Shown one piece after another: positions 18,677 to 28,114 of a stretch of DNA of 62,034 bases. This DNA is from Actinomycetota bacterium (GTDB lineage: Bacteria > Actinomycetota > UBA4738 > CALAEC01): NCBI GenBank assembly GCA_035642095.1, contig DASQTB010000136.1, positions 1 through 62,034 of the forward strand. Direction: 5' to 3'. The notes below the pieces were generated by a model that saw only the letters and a list, made by a program, of their open reading frames with translations, did no database searches and was not told the DNA's origin. Every line of letters begins with the position of its first letter. Within the stretch, counting starts at the first letter, position 1. The translations under genes were made by a program, and so were the position numbers.

Positions 18677-20725
18677 ATGATGACCGGGCCGCTTCCGGAG
18701 ATGCACTCCCCGGCCGCGCTGCACGAAGCGGTGGCCAGGTTCCGCACGGCGTTCGAGAACGCCCCGATCGGCATGGCCCTGCTCAGCCCGGAGGGCAGGT
18801 TCCTCCAGGTGAACGGGGCCCTGTGCACGGTGCTCGGCCGATCGGAGGAGCAGCTCCTGGCCTCGTCCTGGAGGGACGTCACCCATCCGGACGATCGAAG
18901 TGACCAGGAAGAGCAAGACCAGGCGGTCCTGGCGGGACGGCGCCATTCCTACGTCATCGAGCAGCGCTACGCTCGCCCCGACGGAACCGAAGCGTGGGTC
19001 ATCGCCAGTCGGTCCCTGGTGCGCGACGCGGAGGGGCGTCCCATGTACTTCATCTCCCAGCTGCTCGACATCTCGGATCGCAAGAAGGTCGAGGAGATCC
19101 TTCGGATCCGGGAGGAAGAGACCCGCCGGATCCTGGAGACCGCCCAGGACGCGTTCATCGGAATGGATGCCCACGGCCGGATCACCGACTGGAACCGGCA
19201 AGCGGAGAACATCTTCGGCTGGCCTCGAGACGAGGCCATCGGTCGAACCCTGGCCGAGACGATCATCCCCGAGAGGTACCGCGAACAGCACTGGAGGGGG
19301 TTGAACCGCTACCTGGAGACCGGCCATGGGCCGGTCCTGGGGAAGCGGCTCGAGCTCTCGGCCGTCCAGCGAGACGGCACAGAGTTCCCGGTGGAGCTGA
19401 CGATCTGGCCGACGGGCGGCAAGGAGGGGCATCGGTTCAACGGCCTGGTCCACGACATCTCTGAGCGGGTCCACAGCCAGGAAGAGCTGGCCCGGCAAAA
19501 GCAGGAACTGACCGCGCTCCACGAGACCACGCTCGATCTCATCCGCCGGCTCGAGCCCACCAGCCTCCTGGAAGCAATCCTGGCCCGAGCCGCGGCTCTG
19601 ATGCGTACGGAGCACGCCTACCTCTACGTGGTGGACCCCGGCACCGACGAGCTGATCGCCCGAGTGGGAACGGGCCGGTTCTCCGACCTTCCGGGACGGC
19701 GACTCAAGCGAGGCCAGGGGCTGGTCGGACTGGCCTGGCAGACGGGCCGGCCCGTGGCCGTGGACGACTACCACAGCTGGCCGGGGCGGCTTCCCGAGTT
19801 CGACTGGATGCGGGCCACGGTGACCCTTCCGCTGACGGCCGGATCCGACATCGTCGGCGTGCTCGGGCTGGTCCACGCCGAGGAGGGCCTGGTCTTCCAC
19901 GAGGAGCAGATCGACCTACTGACCCGGTTCGGCCGGCTGGCGTCGCTCGCTCTGGACAATGCCCGTCTGTACCACGCCGGGCAGCAGGAGCTACAGGAGC
20001 GGCGCCGGGCCGAGAAAGAGCTGGAGCGGTCCGCCACGGAGCTCCGCCAGGCCAACGAGGAACTTCGGGCCGCAGACGAGATGAAGAGCCACTTCGTGGC
20101 GGTGGCATCGCACGAGCTGCGGACCCCGCTGACCTCGGTCCTCGGCTTCGCCACGACGCTTCTCAACCACTGGGAACGGATCCCCGACCAGGAGAAGCGA
20201 GAGCAGATCGGCCTGATCGAGGGACAGGCCCGCCGCTTGGCGAGGCTCGCCGATGATCTTTTGATCATGTCGAAGATCGAGGCCGGCGCGCTCGAGGTCC
20301 GGACGGAGCCCGTCGACGTGGGCGAGGCGGCGGAAGGGGTGGTCTCGGCGTTCGCCGACGCCGACCTGAAGGTCCGGGTCGACCCCGGTCTTCGGGCCAT
20401 GGCCGACCGGGACCATCTGGAGCAGATCCTGGTGAACTACGTCACCAACGCCTTGAAGTATGGCCAGTCCCCGGTCCGCATCGATGCCCGCCGCCGGCAC
20501 CGATGGGTGGAGATGGTCGTGGCCGATGAGGGCGACGGCGTTCCGGAGGAGTTCGTCCCCCGACTGTTCGAGAAGTTCGCCCAGGCGGGACGGATCCGGA
20601 GCGGGAGCGGGACAGGACTGGGACTATCGATCGTCCGAGGCCTGGCTCGGGCGCAGGGCGGCGAGGCATGGTACGAACCGGGCGAGCCAGGGGCCCGGTT
20701 CTGCGTACGGCTGCCCGCTTCCTGA
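18677..20725 (+). CDS. sensor histidine kinase with PAS-PAS-GAF-HisKA-HATPase architecture
   Basis: Two PAS-like repeats (FENAPIGMALLSPEG... and ILETAQDAFIGMDAHG...), a GAF-like segment, the H-box FVAVASHELRTPL, and the G-box GSGTGLGLSIVRGLA. Confidence 0.88.
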   Translation: MMTGPLPEMHSPAALHEAVARFRTAFENAPIGMALLSPEGRFLQVNGALCTVLGRSEEQLLASSWRDVTHPDDRSDQEEQDQAVLAGRRHSYVIEQRYARPDGTEAWVIASRSLVRDAEGRPMYFISQLLDISDRKKVEEILRIREEETRRILETAQDAFIGMDAHGRITDWNRQAENIFGWPRDEAIGRTLAETIIPERYREQHWRGLNRYLETGHGPVLGKRLELSAVQRDGTEFPVELTIWPTGGKEGHRFNGLVHDISERVHSQEELARQKQELTALHETTLDLIRRLEPTSLLEAILARAAALMRTEHAYLYVVDPGTDELIARVGTGRFSDLPGRRLKRGQGLVGLAWQTGRPVAVDDYHSWPGRLPEFDWMRATVTLPLTAGSDIVGVLGLVHAEEGLVFHEEQIDLLTRFGRLASLALDNARLYHAGQQELQERRRAEKELERSATELRQANEELRAADEMKSHFVAVASHELRTPLTSVLGFATTLLNHWERIPDQEKREQIGLIEGQARRLARLADDLLIMSKIEAGALEVRTEPVDVGEAAEGVVSAFADADLKVRVDPGLRAMADRDHLEQILVNYVTNALKYGQSPVRIDARRRHRWVEMVVADEGDGVPEEFVPRLFEKFAQAGRIRSGSGTGLGLSIVRGLARAQGGEAWYEPGEPGARFCVRLPAS

Positions 20726-20788
20726 ACGGGGCGAGTCGATGTTGACGATGCCGGCCCTGCGGTACGATGCCAGCCGGGTACGAGACGG

Positions 20789-21586
20789 ATGAACCAAACG
20801 CCTCGGCTGCTCCTGTCGACGGCCCCTTTCTATCGGTACCCGCTCAGAGAGGCCTTCCGTCACGCCCGGGAGGCGGGCTTCGAGGCCGTGGAAGTCATGG
20901 TCACCTCGGATCCCGCCACCCAGGACGCCAGGTCGCTCTCAGAGCTGGCCGATGAGTTCGGGCTGCGGATCGGCGCCCTGCATGCGCCGTTCCTGCTCCT
21001 GTTCCGGCGCGTCTGGGGGGCGGATCCCGTCGGAAAGATCTACCGCGCCACGCAGGTCGCCGAATCGGCCGACATCCCTCTGGTCGTGGTTCATCCGCCG
21101 TTCAAGTGGCAGGTTCGGTTCCGGCAATGGGTCGACGCCAGCCTGGCCGAGTACTCCGCCCGGGCCGGCATCACGATCGGCGTGGAGAACATGTTTCCAC
21201 TCAAGCTTCGGGGCGACCGGGGGCTCCGGTTCCACGCCAGCCAGGACTTCGAGGACCTCGACCGGTACCCTCAACTGGTCCTGGACACGAGCCACCTGGC
21301 GGTGGCAGGGTTCGACATCGTGGACGCGTACCGGCGCTACCGGACGAAGGTGGTTCACTTCCACGTGTCGAACAACGCCGGACGAGGATGGGACTCGCAT
21401 CTCCCGGTGGATGAGGGGATCCTGCCGCTGGCGGACCTGCTCGACGAGGTGGCCACCGACGCGTTCGGGGGGACCATGGCTCTGGAGCTCGATCTCCGGT
21501 CGTACCTCGGTGACGACGAGGCGGTTCGGGAGGTCCTGGTCAGGAACCGAAAATTCTGTGAGCGACGGCTGACAGCCCGAACATGA
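20789..21586 (+). CDS. sugar phosphate isomerase/epimerase (xylose isomerase-like TIM barrel)
   Basis: 265 aa with the fold pattern VEVM..., LHAPF, VVHPP, IGVENM, DTSH and HVSN, characteristic of AP endonuclease 2/TIM-barrel proteins. Confidence 0.75.
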   Translation: MNQTPRLLLSTAPFYRYPLREAFRHAREAGFEAVEVMVTSDPATQDARSLSELADEFGLRIGALHAPFLLLFRRVWGADPVGKIYRATQVAESADIPLVVVHPPFKWQVRFRQWVDASLAEYSARAGITIGVENMFPLKLRGDRGLRFHASQDFEDLDRYPQLVLDTSHLAVAGFDIVDAYRRYRTKVVHFHVSNNAGRGWDSHLPVDEGILPLADLLDEVATDAFGGTMALELDLRSYLGDDEAVREVLVRNRKFCERRLTART

Positions 21587-21954
21587 GCGTTCGACTGCTG
21601 ATCGCCGAGGACACCGAGCACGTTCGGAAGATGCTCGTCGACATCCTGTCCTTGCACGGCTTCGACATCGTCGGGGAAGCGGAGGATGGCGAGGCCGCCG
21701 TGGGGCTGGCGGAGGCCACCGATCCGGACGTCGTGGTGATGGATCTCAGGATGCCACGCCTGGACGGGCTGGAGGCCGCCCACCGGATCCGGGCCATCCG
21801 GCCGGATCAGCAGGTCGTCCTGTACTCGGCGTTCGTGGACGAGATGGTGCAGGCTCGGGCCCGGCAGGTGGGCGTGGCCGTGTGCATCCCGAAGATGTCC
21901 GGCGTCGAGGCCCTGGCCCGGGAGATCTCGGCCGTGGCCATGGACCTGGCGTGA
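21583..21954 (+). CDS. single-domain response regulator (CheY-like receiver)
   Basis: LLIAEDTEHVRKML...VVVMDLRMPRLDG...K in CIPKM. 123 aa with no output domain. ATGA overlap with the upstream gene. Confidence 0.88.
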   Translation: MSVRLLIAEDTEHVRKMLVDILSLHGFDIVGEAEDGEAAVGLAEATDPDVVVMDLRMPRLDGLEAAHRIRAIRPDQQVVLYSAFVDEMVQARARQVGVAVCIPKMSGVEALAREISAVAMDLA

Positions 21955-21999
21955 CCTGACGCCGCGTTCCCGATCGCGCGGCGACGCTAGCATCATCCC

Positions 22000-22134
22000 G
22001 TGCGGCGGTGGACGCTGGTCACCCTGATCCTGCTCTTGGTCCTGCTGGCCATCGCGGCCGTGTACCAGCTCCAGCTCGCCGAGCGCCGGGGCCGCCTCCC
22101 TGAACCGACGACGACGCCAAGCACGGCCTCCTAA
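22000..22134 (+). CDS. possible 44-aa single-TM micro-protein
   Basis: Translation from the GTG start is VRRWTLVTLILLLVLLAIAAVYQLQLAERRGRLPEPTTTPSTAS. High GC3. No clear SD. Its TAA stop overlaps the first base of the AAGGAG SD of the next gene. Confidence 0.3.
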   Translation: MRRWTLVTLILLLVLLAIAAVYQLQLAERRGRLPEPTTTPSTAS

Positions 22135-22149
22135 GGAGCGTCTTCCGAG

Positions 22150-24186
22150 GTGCCGATATCCGGCTCCAAGGGCCCCCCGAGGAGACGGCAGATGCAAGGA
22201 CCCAGCCTGCTCAGGCGGTTCGCCGTGTTGAGCGCCGTGGTGATCGCACTCATGGGCGCGTTCCTGACGTACCTCCTCGACCGCGGCGTCCGCCACCGAA
22301 CGCTCGGCGAGGCCGAACGAAGGGCCACCCTCATCGTCCGGCTGAGCGTCCGACCGCTGCTCACGCCGGACGATCTCGAACGAGGGCTCGACGCCGCCGA
22401 GTTGGAGGACCTGGAGCAGACCCTGGGGCCCGCCAGAGCCGGCGGTGTGGCCCGGATCAAGATCTGGAACGAGGAGGGTCGGGTCGTGTACTCGGACGAA
22501 CCGGGCCTGGCCGGCCGGTCCGACCGACCCGTTGGAGAGCTGGGCGTGGCGCTCCGGGGCCGTGTGGCCTCCCGGGTATCGGACGGGGAAGGGTCCCGAG
22601 AACGGACCGAACCGGATCCGGGGGAGGTCCTCCTGGTCTACGTCCCGATCCGGTTCTCGGCGACGGGAGGTCCCGCCGGGGCGGTGGGGGTGAGCCTGCC
22701 GTACGAACCGATCGAGACGTCGATCGCCGGCGGCACTCGAGGGCTGTACGCCGTCCTCGCCGTGACGCTCGTCGTCCTGTACGCCAGCCTCTTCCGGCTG
22801 GTCGGTCGGATCTCGCGGACCATGCGCCAGCAGGCCCAGGAGCACGAGCGGCTGGCCCTCCGAGACCCACTGACCAAGCTCCCCAACCGGGTGCTGTTCC
22901 GGGAACGAGCCGAGCGGGCCATCCGGAGCGCTCGTCGGGGCGGCTCCCGCGTGGCGATCATGATCATGGACCTCGATCGGTTCCGAGTGATCAACGATAC
23001 GCTGGGGCATTCCGCCGGGAATGCGCTCCTGTCCAAGATCGGGTCCCGGCTCCAGACGGCCCTCAGGGAGACCGACACGGTGTCCCGTCTCGGGACCGAC
23101 GAGTTCGCGGTGCTCCTCCCCGAGGTGGCCGACGCACCGGCGGCCTCGCTCACCGCCGACCGGCTCCTCAAGACACTGGAGTTCCCGTTCCCGATCGGCG
23201 GCGTCTCCGTCGAGGTAGAAGCCAGCGTCGGCATCGCCATGTTCCCGGATCACGGCGAGGATGTCGACGAGCTGCTCCAGCGGGCCGACGTGGCCATGTA
23301 CGTCGCCAAGGACTCCGGCTCCCGGTACGAGCTGTACGTCGAGGGGCGGGACCGATACAGCCCGGAACGCCTCTCGTTGCTCTCGGAGCTCCGTGGGGCG
23401 ATCCAGCGCGGCGAGCTGATCCTCCACTACCAGCCGAAGGCCGATCTTCGAAGCGGCAGGGTGGTGGGGCTGGAGGCCCTGGTCCGGTGGGACCATCCAG
23501 ACCTTGGCCTCCTTCCCTCAGACCGGTTCGTGCCCCTGGCGGAGCCCACGGCGCTGATCGGGCCACTGACCAGACACGTGATCGACCAAGCGCTGCGCGA
23601 GTGTCGAACCTGGCGGGACTCCGGCCTCGATCTTCACGTAGCGGTCAACCTGTCAGCCCGCAACCTCGAGGACGCCCGACTCCCCGATCAGGTGGCCAGG
23701 TCGCTGGACCGGTGGGGCGTCGAGGCGGACGCGCTCGAGCTGGAGATCACGGAGAGCGCCATCCTCCAAGAGCCGATTCGCGTGCTCGAGGTGGTCAAGC
23801 GGCTGGCGAACATGGGAATCCGGCTCATGATCGACGACTTCGGGACCGGCTACTCCTCGCTGGCCTACCTCCGACGCCTGCCGGTTCAGGCCCTGAAGAT
23901 CGACAAGTCCTTCGTCATGGGGATGCTCCACGAGGAGAACGACGCGGTGATCGTACGGTCGACCATCGATCTCGGCCGGAACCTCGGCCTCCAGGTGATC
24001 GCCGAGGGGGTTGAGTCAGCGGAGCTATGGACTCGCCTGGGCACCCTGGGCTGCGACGTCGCCCAAGGCTTCCACCTCAGCGAGCCGATCCCGGCGGCGG
24101 CCGTGCCGGCGTGGCTGGAAGCCTGGGCCGCCAGGCTCGACGAGGGGGTCGGCGTCCCCGGACCGGTCCGGCAGCTGGCCCGCTAG
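22150..24186 (+). CDS. membrane-associated GGDEF/EAL protein, probably a c-di-GMP phosphodiesterase with a degenerate cyclase site
   Basis: N-terminal TM/sensor region. The GGDEF domain reads RLGTDEF (GTDEF). The EAL domain looks intact (QPKADL, LEALVRW, DDFGTGYSSL, KIDKSF, EGVE). AAGGAG SD before GTG 22150. Confidence 0.88.
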   Translation: MPISGSKGPPRRRQMQGPSLLRRFAVLSAVVIALMGAFLTYLLDRGVRHRTLGEAERRATLIVRLSVRPLLTPDDLERGLDAAELEDLEQTLGPARAGGVARIKIWNEEGRVVYSDEPGLAGRSDRPVGELGVALRGRVASRVSDGEGSRERTEPDPGEVLLVYVPIRFSATGGPAGAVGVSLPYEPIETSIAGGTRGLYAVLAVTLVVLYASLFRLVGRISRTMRQQAQEHERLALRDPLTKLPNRVLFRERAERAIRSARRGGSRVAIMIMDLDRFRVINDTLGHSAGNALLSKIGSRLQTALRETDTVSRLGTDEFAVLLPEVADAPAASLTADRLLKTLEFPFPIGGVSVEVEASVGIAMFPDHGEDVDELLQRADVAMYVAKDSGSRYELYVEGRDRYSPERLSLLSELRGAIQRGELILHYQPKADLRSGRVVGLEALVRWDHPDLGLLPSDRFVPLAEPTALIGPLTRHVIDQALRECRTWRDSGLDLHVAVNLSARNLEDARLPDQVARSLDRWGVEADALELEITESAILQEPIRVLEVVKRLANMGIRLMIDDFGTGYSSLAYLRRLPVQALKIDKSFVMGMLHEENDAVIVRSTIDLGRNLGLQVIAEGVESAELWTRLGTLGCDVAQGFHLSEPIPAAAVPAWLEAWAARLDEGVGVPGPVRQLAR

Positions 24187-24572
24187 TCGCTCGAGCGGGT
24201 CCGTCCCCGTCCGATCCGACCCAGATGCGTGTCCCCGAACCCGCTCGCACGCTTGAGGCCGAAGCCCATCATCCGATCCATCCCGAGGTGAGTCAGCCAC
24301 ACCAGGGCGACGGAGAGGACGAGCTCGTTGCTGCCGATCACACCGCCCAGGAGCAGGCCCAGCGGGAGTACGGTGGTGTGGCCGAGGTTGTAGACGACCG
24401 CTCCGGTCCCCGGCCCGGCCAGGTACCCGACCATCGAGATATCCGGAGCCAGGATGAGCAGGGCGAACAGGAGCCATCCGTTCCCGTACCGGGCATACAG
24501 GAACACCGTCGCCACCAGGAGAGCGGCGCCCTCCACGCGGAGGATCAGGGTCGGGAGATCTCGGTGAGCCAT
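24183..24572 (-). CDS. DUF4260-like small membrane protein
   Basis: 129 aa with 4 hydrophobic segments and an HLGMDRMMGFGLK...DTHLG tail, resembling the DUF4260 family. Confidence 0.6.
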   Translation of the reverse strand: MAHRDLPTLILRVEGAALLVATVFLYARYGNGWLLFALLILAPDISMVGYLAGPGTGAVVYNLGHTTVLPLGLLLGGVIGSNELVLSVALVWLTHLGMDRMMGFGLKRASGFGDTHLGRIGRGRTRSSD

Positions 24573-24576
24573 CCCG

Positions 24577-25563
24577 CTAGAAGAAGACGGACCGCCGGGT
24601 CATCACGTTCCGGTCCAGGGCCTGCTGGATCTCCTCCCGCACCCGGTCCGTCATCTCGAACACGGTAATCGGGTCCTGCCAGGCATCGACGGGGAAATCG
24701 TCCGTGGATATCGGTGGACCGAACTCGACGATCCACTTCGACGGCAACGGAATCATCCCCAACGGCCCGAGCCAGGGAAAGAACGGCGTGATCGGGAAGT
24801 AGGGGAACCCGAAAAGCCGGGCCATCGTCTTCGCGTTGTGGATCATCGGATAGATCTCTTCCGAACCGACGATCGACACGGGGACGATCGGGCACCGGGC
24901 CCGGAGGGCGATCTCGATGAACCCACCGCGACCGAACCGCTGGAGCTTGTAGCGCTGGCGCCACGGCTTGCCCACGCCCTTGAACCCTTCGGGAAACACG
25001 CCCAGGACCTGCCCCCGGTCGAGCAACCGGAAGGCGTCGTCCGCGGCGGCCAGGGTATTGCCGGACTTGCGGGCCTGGGCGCCCACGAAGGGCATCTCGA
25101 ACGCCAGGTCGGCCGCCAGAAGCCGGACGTGACGGTGGGCCGGGTGCTCGTCCAGCACCCCGAACTTCATCATCAGCGCGTCCCACGGAAGCGTGCCGGC
25201 GTGGTTGCTGACCAGGAGGGCCGCACCCGTCGAGGGCACGTTCTCCAAGCCGATCCAATCGACCCGCCACCAGCGCCGGTGGAAGAACCGAGCAAGCGGC
25301 GCCAGGACCTCCTCGGTGAGCTCGGGGTCGAATCCGAACTCGTCCACTTCGTACTCACCGGTCAGCCGGCGCCGGACGAAGCGCAGCAGCCCGCCCAGGC
25401 GGTCGGCGTCCGGAGGCGCTTCCCGACGAGGCCGCCGATGGACCCCGCAGTAGCCGTCGGATCCAGTGACCCGATTGCGACACCGGCGTCCCGAGGTGGT
25501 CAGCGCGCGGCAGCTCGCCTGGTGGTCACCCTGGCCGGTGATCGGGATGACCTCCGCCATCAC
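24577..25563 (-). CDS. lysophospholipid/1-acyl-sn-glycerol-3-phosphate acyltransferase family protein
   Basis: NHAGTLPWD (HxxxxD acyltransferase motif) and FPEGFKG. The N-terminus carries a Cys-rich CxxxxxxRCRN...YC segment. Confidence 0.75.
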   Translation of the reverse strand: MMAEVIPITGQGDHQASCRALTTSGRRCRNRVTGSDGYCGVHRRPRREAPPDADRLGGLLRFVRRRLTGEYEVDEFGFDPELTEEVLAPLARFFHRRWWRVDWIGLENVPSTGAALLVSNHAGTLPWDALMMKFGVLDEHPAHRHVRLLAADLAFEMPFVGAQARKSGNTLAAADDAFRLLDRGQVLGVFPEGFKGVGKPWRQRYKLQRFGRGGFIEIALRARCPIVPVSIVGSEEIYPMIHNAKTMARLFGFPYFPITPFFPWLGPLGMIPLPSKWIVEFGPPISTDDFPVDAWQDPITVFEMTDRVREEIQQALDRNVMTRRSVFF

Positions 25564-26621
25564 CGCCTCCCACTGCGTTCGAACCGCTCCTGGTTCTTCC
25601 GGCGGAGGAACGCGTAGGCGTCCCGTTCCCAGCCCTCGAGCTGTCCGGTGGACACCAACCGCCGGACGTCGCGCCCTCGAGCGAAGTCCAGGAGCGCCTC
25701 CCGGGTCGAGTACCGGGGTGTGTATCCGAATCCTTCGCGAAGACGGACGATGTCGGCCACCCGCCCGTACAGGAGCAGACGCAGCTGGTCGGTGGGAAGG
25801 TCGACCACCCCCAGCCGGCGCACCACCGAGGCCAGCGGGGCGACCAGAGGGACGATCACCGGGACGGAGGCCCGTCCCAGCAGCCGGATGGCCTGGGACA
25901 GGAACACGATCCCTTCGGCGGCCGCATTGAACACCCCGGGGTGGTCCTGGCGCACGGCGCGGTAGAGCACCTCCACGGCGTCGTCCTCGTGGAGGAACTG
26001 AAGCCGGGGATCGAAACCCATCGGCGTGGGGACCACGGGGAACGAGAGGTACCGGGTGAACGGCGTCTCGATGCCGGGCCCGATGAAGTTCGCGAAGCGA
26101 AGAAGCGTGAGGGCGACATCGGGTCGACGACGGGCGAAGCTCCGAGCGTACCGTTCGATCTCCACGGCGTCCTTCGTGTAGCCGTGACGGGGTTCGGTCC
26201 GAGCGGTCATGTCCTCCGTGAAGAGGGCCGGGTCCCGCGGATCGGCACCGTACACCGCCGTGGTCGACTTCATGACAACCTTCCGCACGAGTTCGGCACG
26301 TTGGCAGGCCCCCAGGAGCTGCATGGTGCCGATCACGTTGACCTCCTTCATCTGGCTCCGGCCACCGGCACGGGCGGGGGTGGTCAGGATGTGGAGATGG
26401 ACCACCGTGTCGACGTCGGTGGTCTGCAGCACCTTGACCGTGAGCGGGTTCCGGATGTCCGCCCGGACGAACTCGGTCCGATCCAGGTCGGCGTGAGGTT
26501 CCTCGAGACCGACTCCGACCACGTATTCCACGCCCGGGTCCTGCTCCAGACGGCCGGCCAGCCTCCCGGCCAGGTACCCGGAGATCCCGGTGATCAAGAC
26601 CCGCTGACCCACGAGCCTCAC
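25560..26621 (-). CDS. NAD-dependent epimerase/dehydratase family protein
   Basis: VLITGISGYLAGRLA (GxxGxxG) and a YTKDAVEIE (YxxxK-like) region. GTG 26621 overlaps the upstream stop (GTGA). Confidence 0.8.
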   Translation of the reverse strand: MRLVGQRVLITGISGYLAGRLAGRLEQDPGVEYVVGVGLEEPHADLDRTEFVRADIRNPLTVKVLQTTDVDTVVHLHILTTPARAGGRSQMKEVNVIGTMQLLGACQRAELVRKVVMKSTTAVYGADPRDPALFTEDMTARTEPRHGYTKDAVEIERYARSFARRRPDVALTLLRFANFIGPGIETPFTRYLSFPVVPTPMGFDPRLQFLHEDDAVEVLYRAVRQDHPGVFNAAAEGIVFLSQAIRLLGRASVPVIVPLVAPLASVVRRLGVVDLPTDQLRLLLYGRVADIVRLREGFGYTPRYSTREALLDFARGRDVRRLVSTGQLEGWERDAYAFLRRKNQERFERSGRR

Positions 26622-27427
26622 CCTACCCGGCTGTGGAGCTCCACCGCGTCGCCGCGACGAAGCGACAGGGCATCGGCGGCACGGGAACCGTTCCGGACCA
26701 CGGCCAGCCATCCGGCCGAGTCGACGACCAGCCCGACCTCTTCCCTCCCCAGGGCGCCGAAGGTCGCCACTCGCCGGACCGGGATCTGGGTGTCCTCCCG
26801 AAGTAGCACCAGGTCGCCCCCCGCCAGGCCCGCCGCCTCGAGATCGGCCGGGCGGGCTCCCAGGCGGACGTTCCCGAAGCGGTCGACGCCGATCACCGTG
26901 GTGGCAAGCCGCTCCCGCTCCACCAGCGGCTCGCCGAGGAGGAGCTCGGTGAGCGTCTCGACGCCGATCTCCCCTCCGACGTCGGCGAGATCCGCCCCTC
27001 CCGCCAACCGAGCGGCCGCAGGAGCGAACACGTCCCGGCCGTGGAACGTGTTCGAGACCGGCCACGACACGACCCGGCCGGGCTCCAGCGAGACGGCCCG
27101 CCGGATCCCCCCGAGGGCCTCGGCGGCCAGCATCAGGACGCCGTTATCGGGACCGACCAGGATCGCCGGACCCGCCTCCACGGCGACGCCTCGCCGCCCC
27201 GTCCCAACACCGGGATCGACCACCGCCAGCACGACAGCGTCCCCCGGCCCGTAGGTCACCGCCTGGACCAGGGTGAGCGCTCCCGTGGCGATGTCCTGAG
27301 GGGGGATGCCATGGTGGACGTCGATCACCCTGGCGTCCGGCGTGACGCGGGCCATCACGGCGTGGCACAGCCCGACGTACTCATCCTCGAGGCCGAAGTC
27401 GGACAGGAACAGGATAGGCCGGATCAC
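26618..27427 (-). CDS. S-adenosyl-L-methionine hydroxide adenosyltransferase family protein (DUF62)
   Basis: ILFLSDFGLEDEYVGLCHAV..., VVDPGVGT and NTFHGRDVFAP are hallmark motifs of the SAM hydrolase / halogenase-like family. GTGA overlap with the upstream hydrolase. Confidence 0.8.
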   Translation of the reverse strand: MIRPILFLSDFGLEDEYVGLCHAVMARVTPDARVIDVHHGIPPQDIATGALTLVQAVTYGPGDAVVLAVVDPGVGTGRRGVAVEAGPAILVGPDNGVLMLAAEALGGIRRAVSLEPGRVVSWPVSNTFHGRDVFAPAAARLAGGADLADVGGEIGVETLTELLLGEPLVERERLATTVIGVDRFGNVRLGARPADLEAAGLAGGDLVLLREDTQIPVRRVATFGALGREEVGLVVDSAGWLAVVRNGSRAADALSLRRGDAVELHSRVG

Positions 27428-28113
27428 GGCTCGGTATTGGCTCGCAGGAACGTGAGCACGTGCGTCCGGACGATCTGGGCCTGACCGCCCTCCAGCAGGG
27501 CCGTGCCGTGATCGTCCCCGGTGACGATCTCCACTCGCTTGGCCCCCGGAGCCGTGGTGTAGAACTGCTGAGCGGTGGCAGCGGCCCTGCCGTCGCCCTC
27601 CGCCGCCAGGAACAGCTTCGGCTCGTCCACGGCGGCCACAACGTCGGGTGGCGCGGTGATGCCCATGAACGTTGAGGGGGCGGACAGCGTCACCACGCCG
27701 TCGAACTCTTCCCGCGCCGCGGCCACCAGTGCCGCCGTCCCTCCCATGCTGGCCCCGACCAGGACCACGCGACGGGCGCCTCGGGCCCGAAGCTCGTCGG
27801 CCGCGGCCAGGACATCCTCCCAGAGCAGCGACAGGTCCCGGGATCCACCAGACTGACCGTACCCGCGGAAGTCGAAGTTCAGGACGTGGAACCCCTCGGC
27901 CGCCAGCGACTCGGCGAACCCCGTCCACACCGTGCGGTCCGAGGGGAACATGTGGGCCAGGACCACACCGGCTGGGCCCCGTCCCCGGACGTCGCCGACC
28001 AGATCGACGCCGTCCGCGGTGGTGAATCGGGCGGTGCGGGCCGGAGGCTGCGGCTCGGTACCGCACCCGACCGGAAGGACCGCCATCAGGGCTGCCGCGG
28101 CGACGCGGCGCAC
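27424..28113 (-). CDS. alpha/beta hydrolase, probable lipoprotein
   Basis: Signal peptide plus lipobox (AALMAVLPVGCG). GASMGG nucleophile elbow. A dienelactone-hydrolase-like length of 229 aa. Confidence 0.75.
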   Translation of the reverse strand: MRRVAAAALMAVLPVGCGTEPQPPARTARFTTADGVDLVGDVRGRGPAGVVLAHMFPSDRTVWTGFAESLAAEGFHVLNFDFRGYGQSGGSRDLSLLWEDVLAAADELRARGARRVVLVGASMGGTAALVAAAREEFDGVVTLSAPSTFMGITAPPDVVAAVDEPKLFLAAEGDGRAAATAQQFYTTAPGAKRVEIVTGDDHGTALLEGGQAQIVRTHVLTFLRANTEP

Positions 28114-28114
28114 G

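Noticed and set aside
21355-23496. 713-aa minus-strand ORF
   Set aside because: Shadow ORF typical of high-GC DNA. It lies antisense to the response regulator and GGDEF-EAL genes, which have clear domain signatures, and its translation is Arg/Gly/Pro-rich with no motifs.
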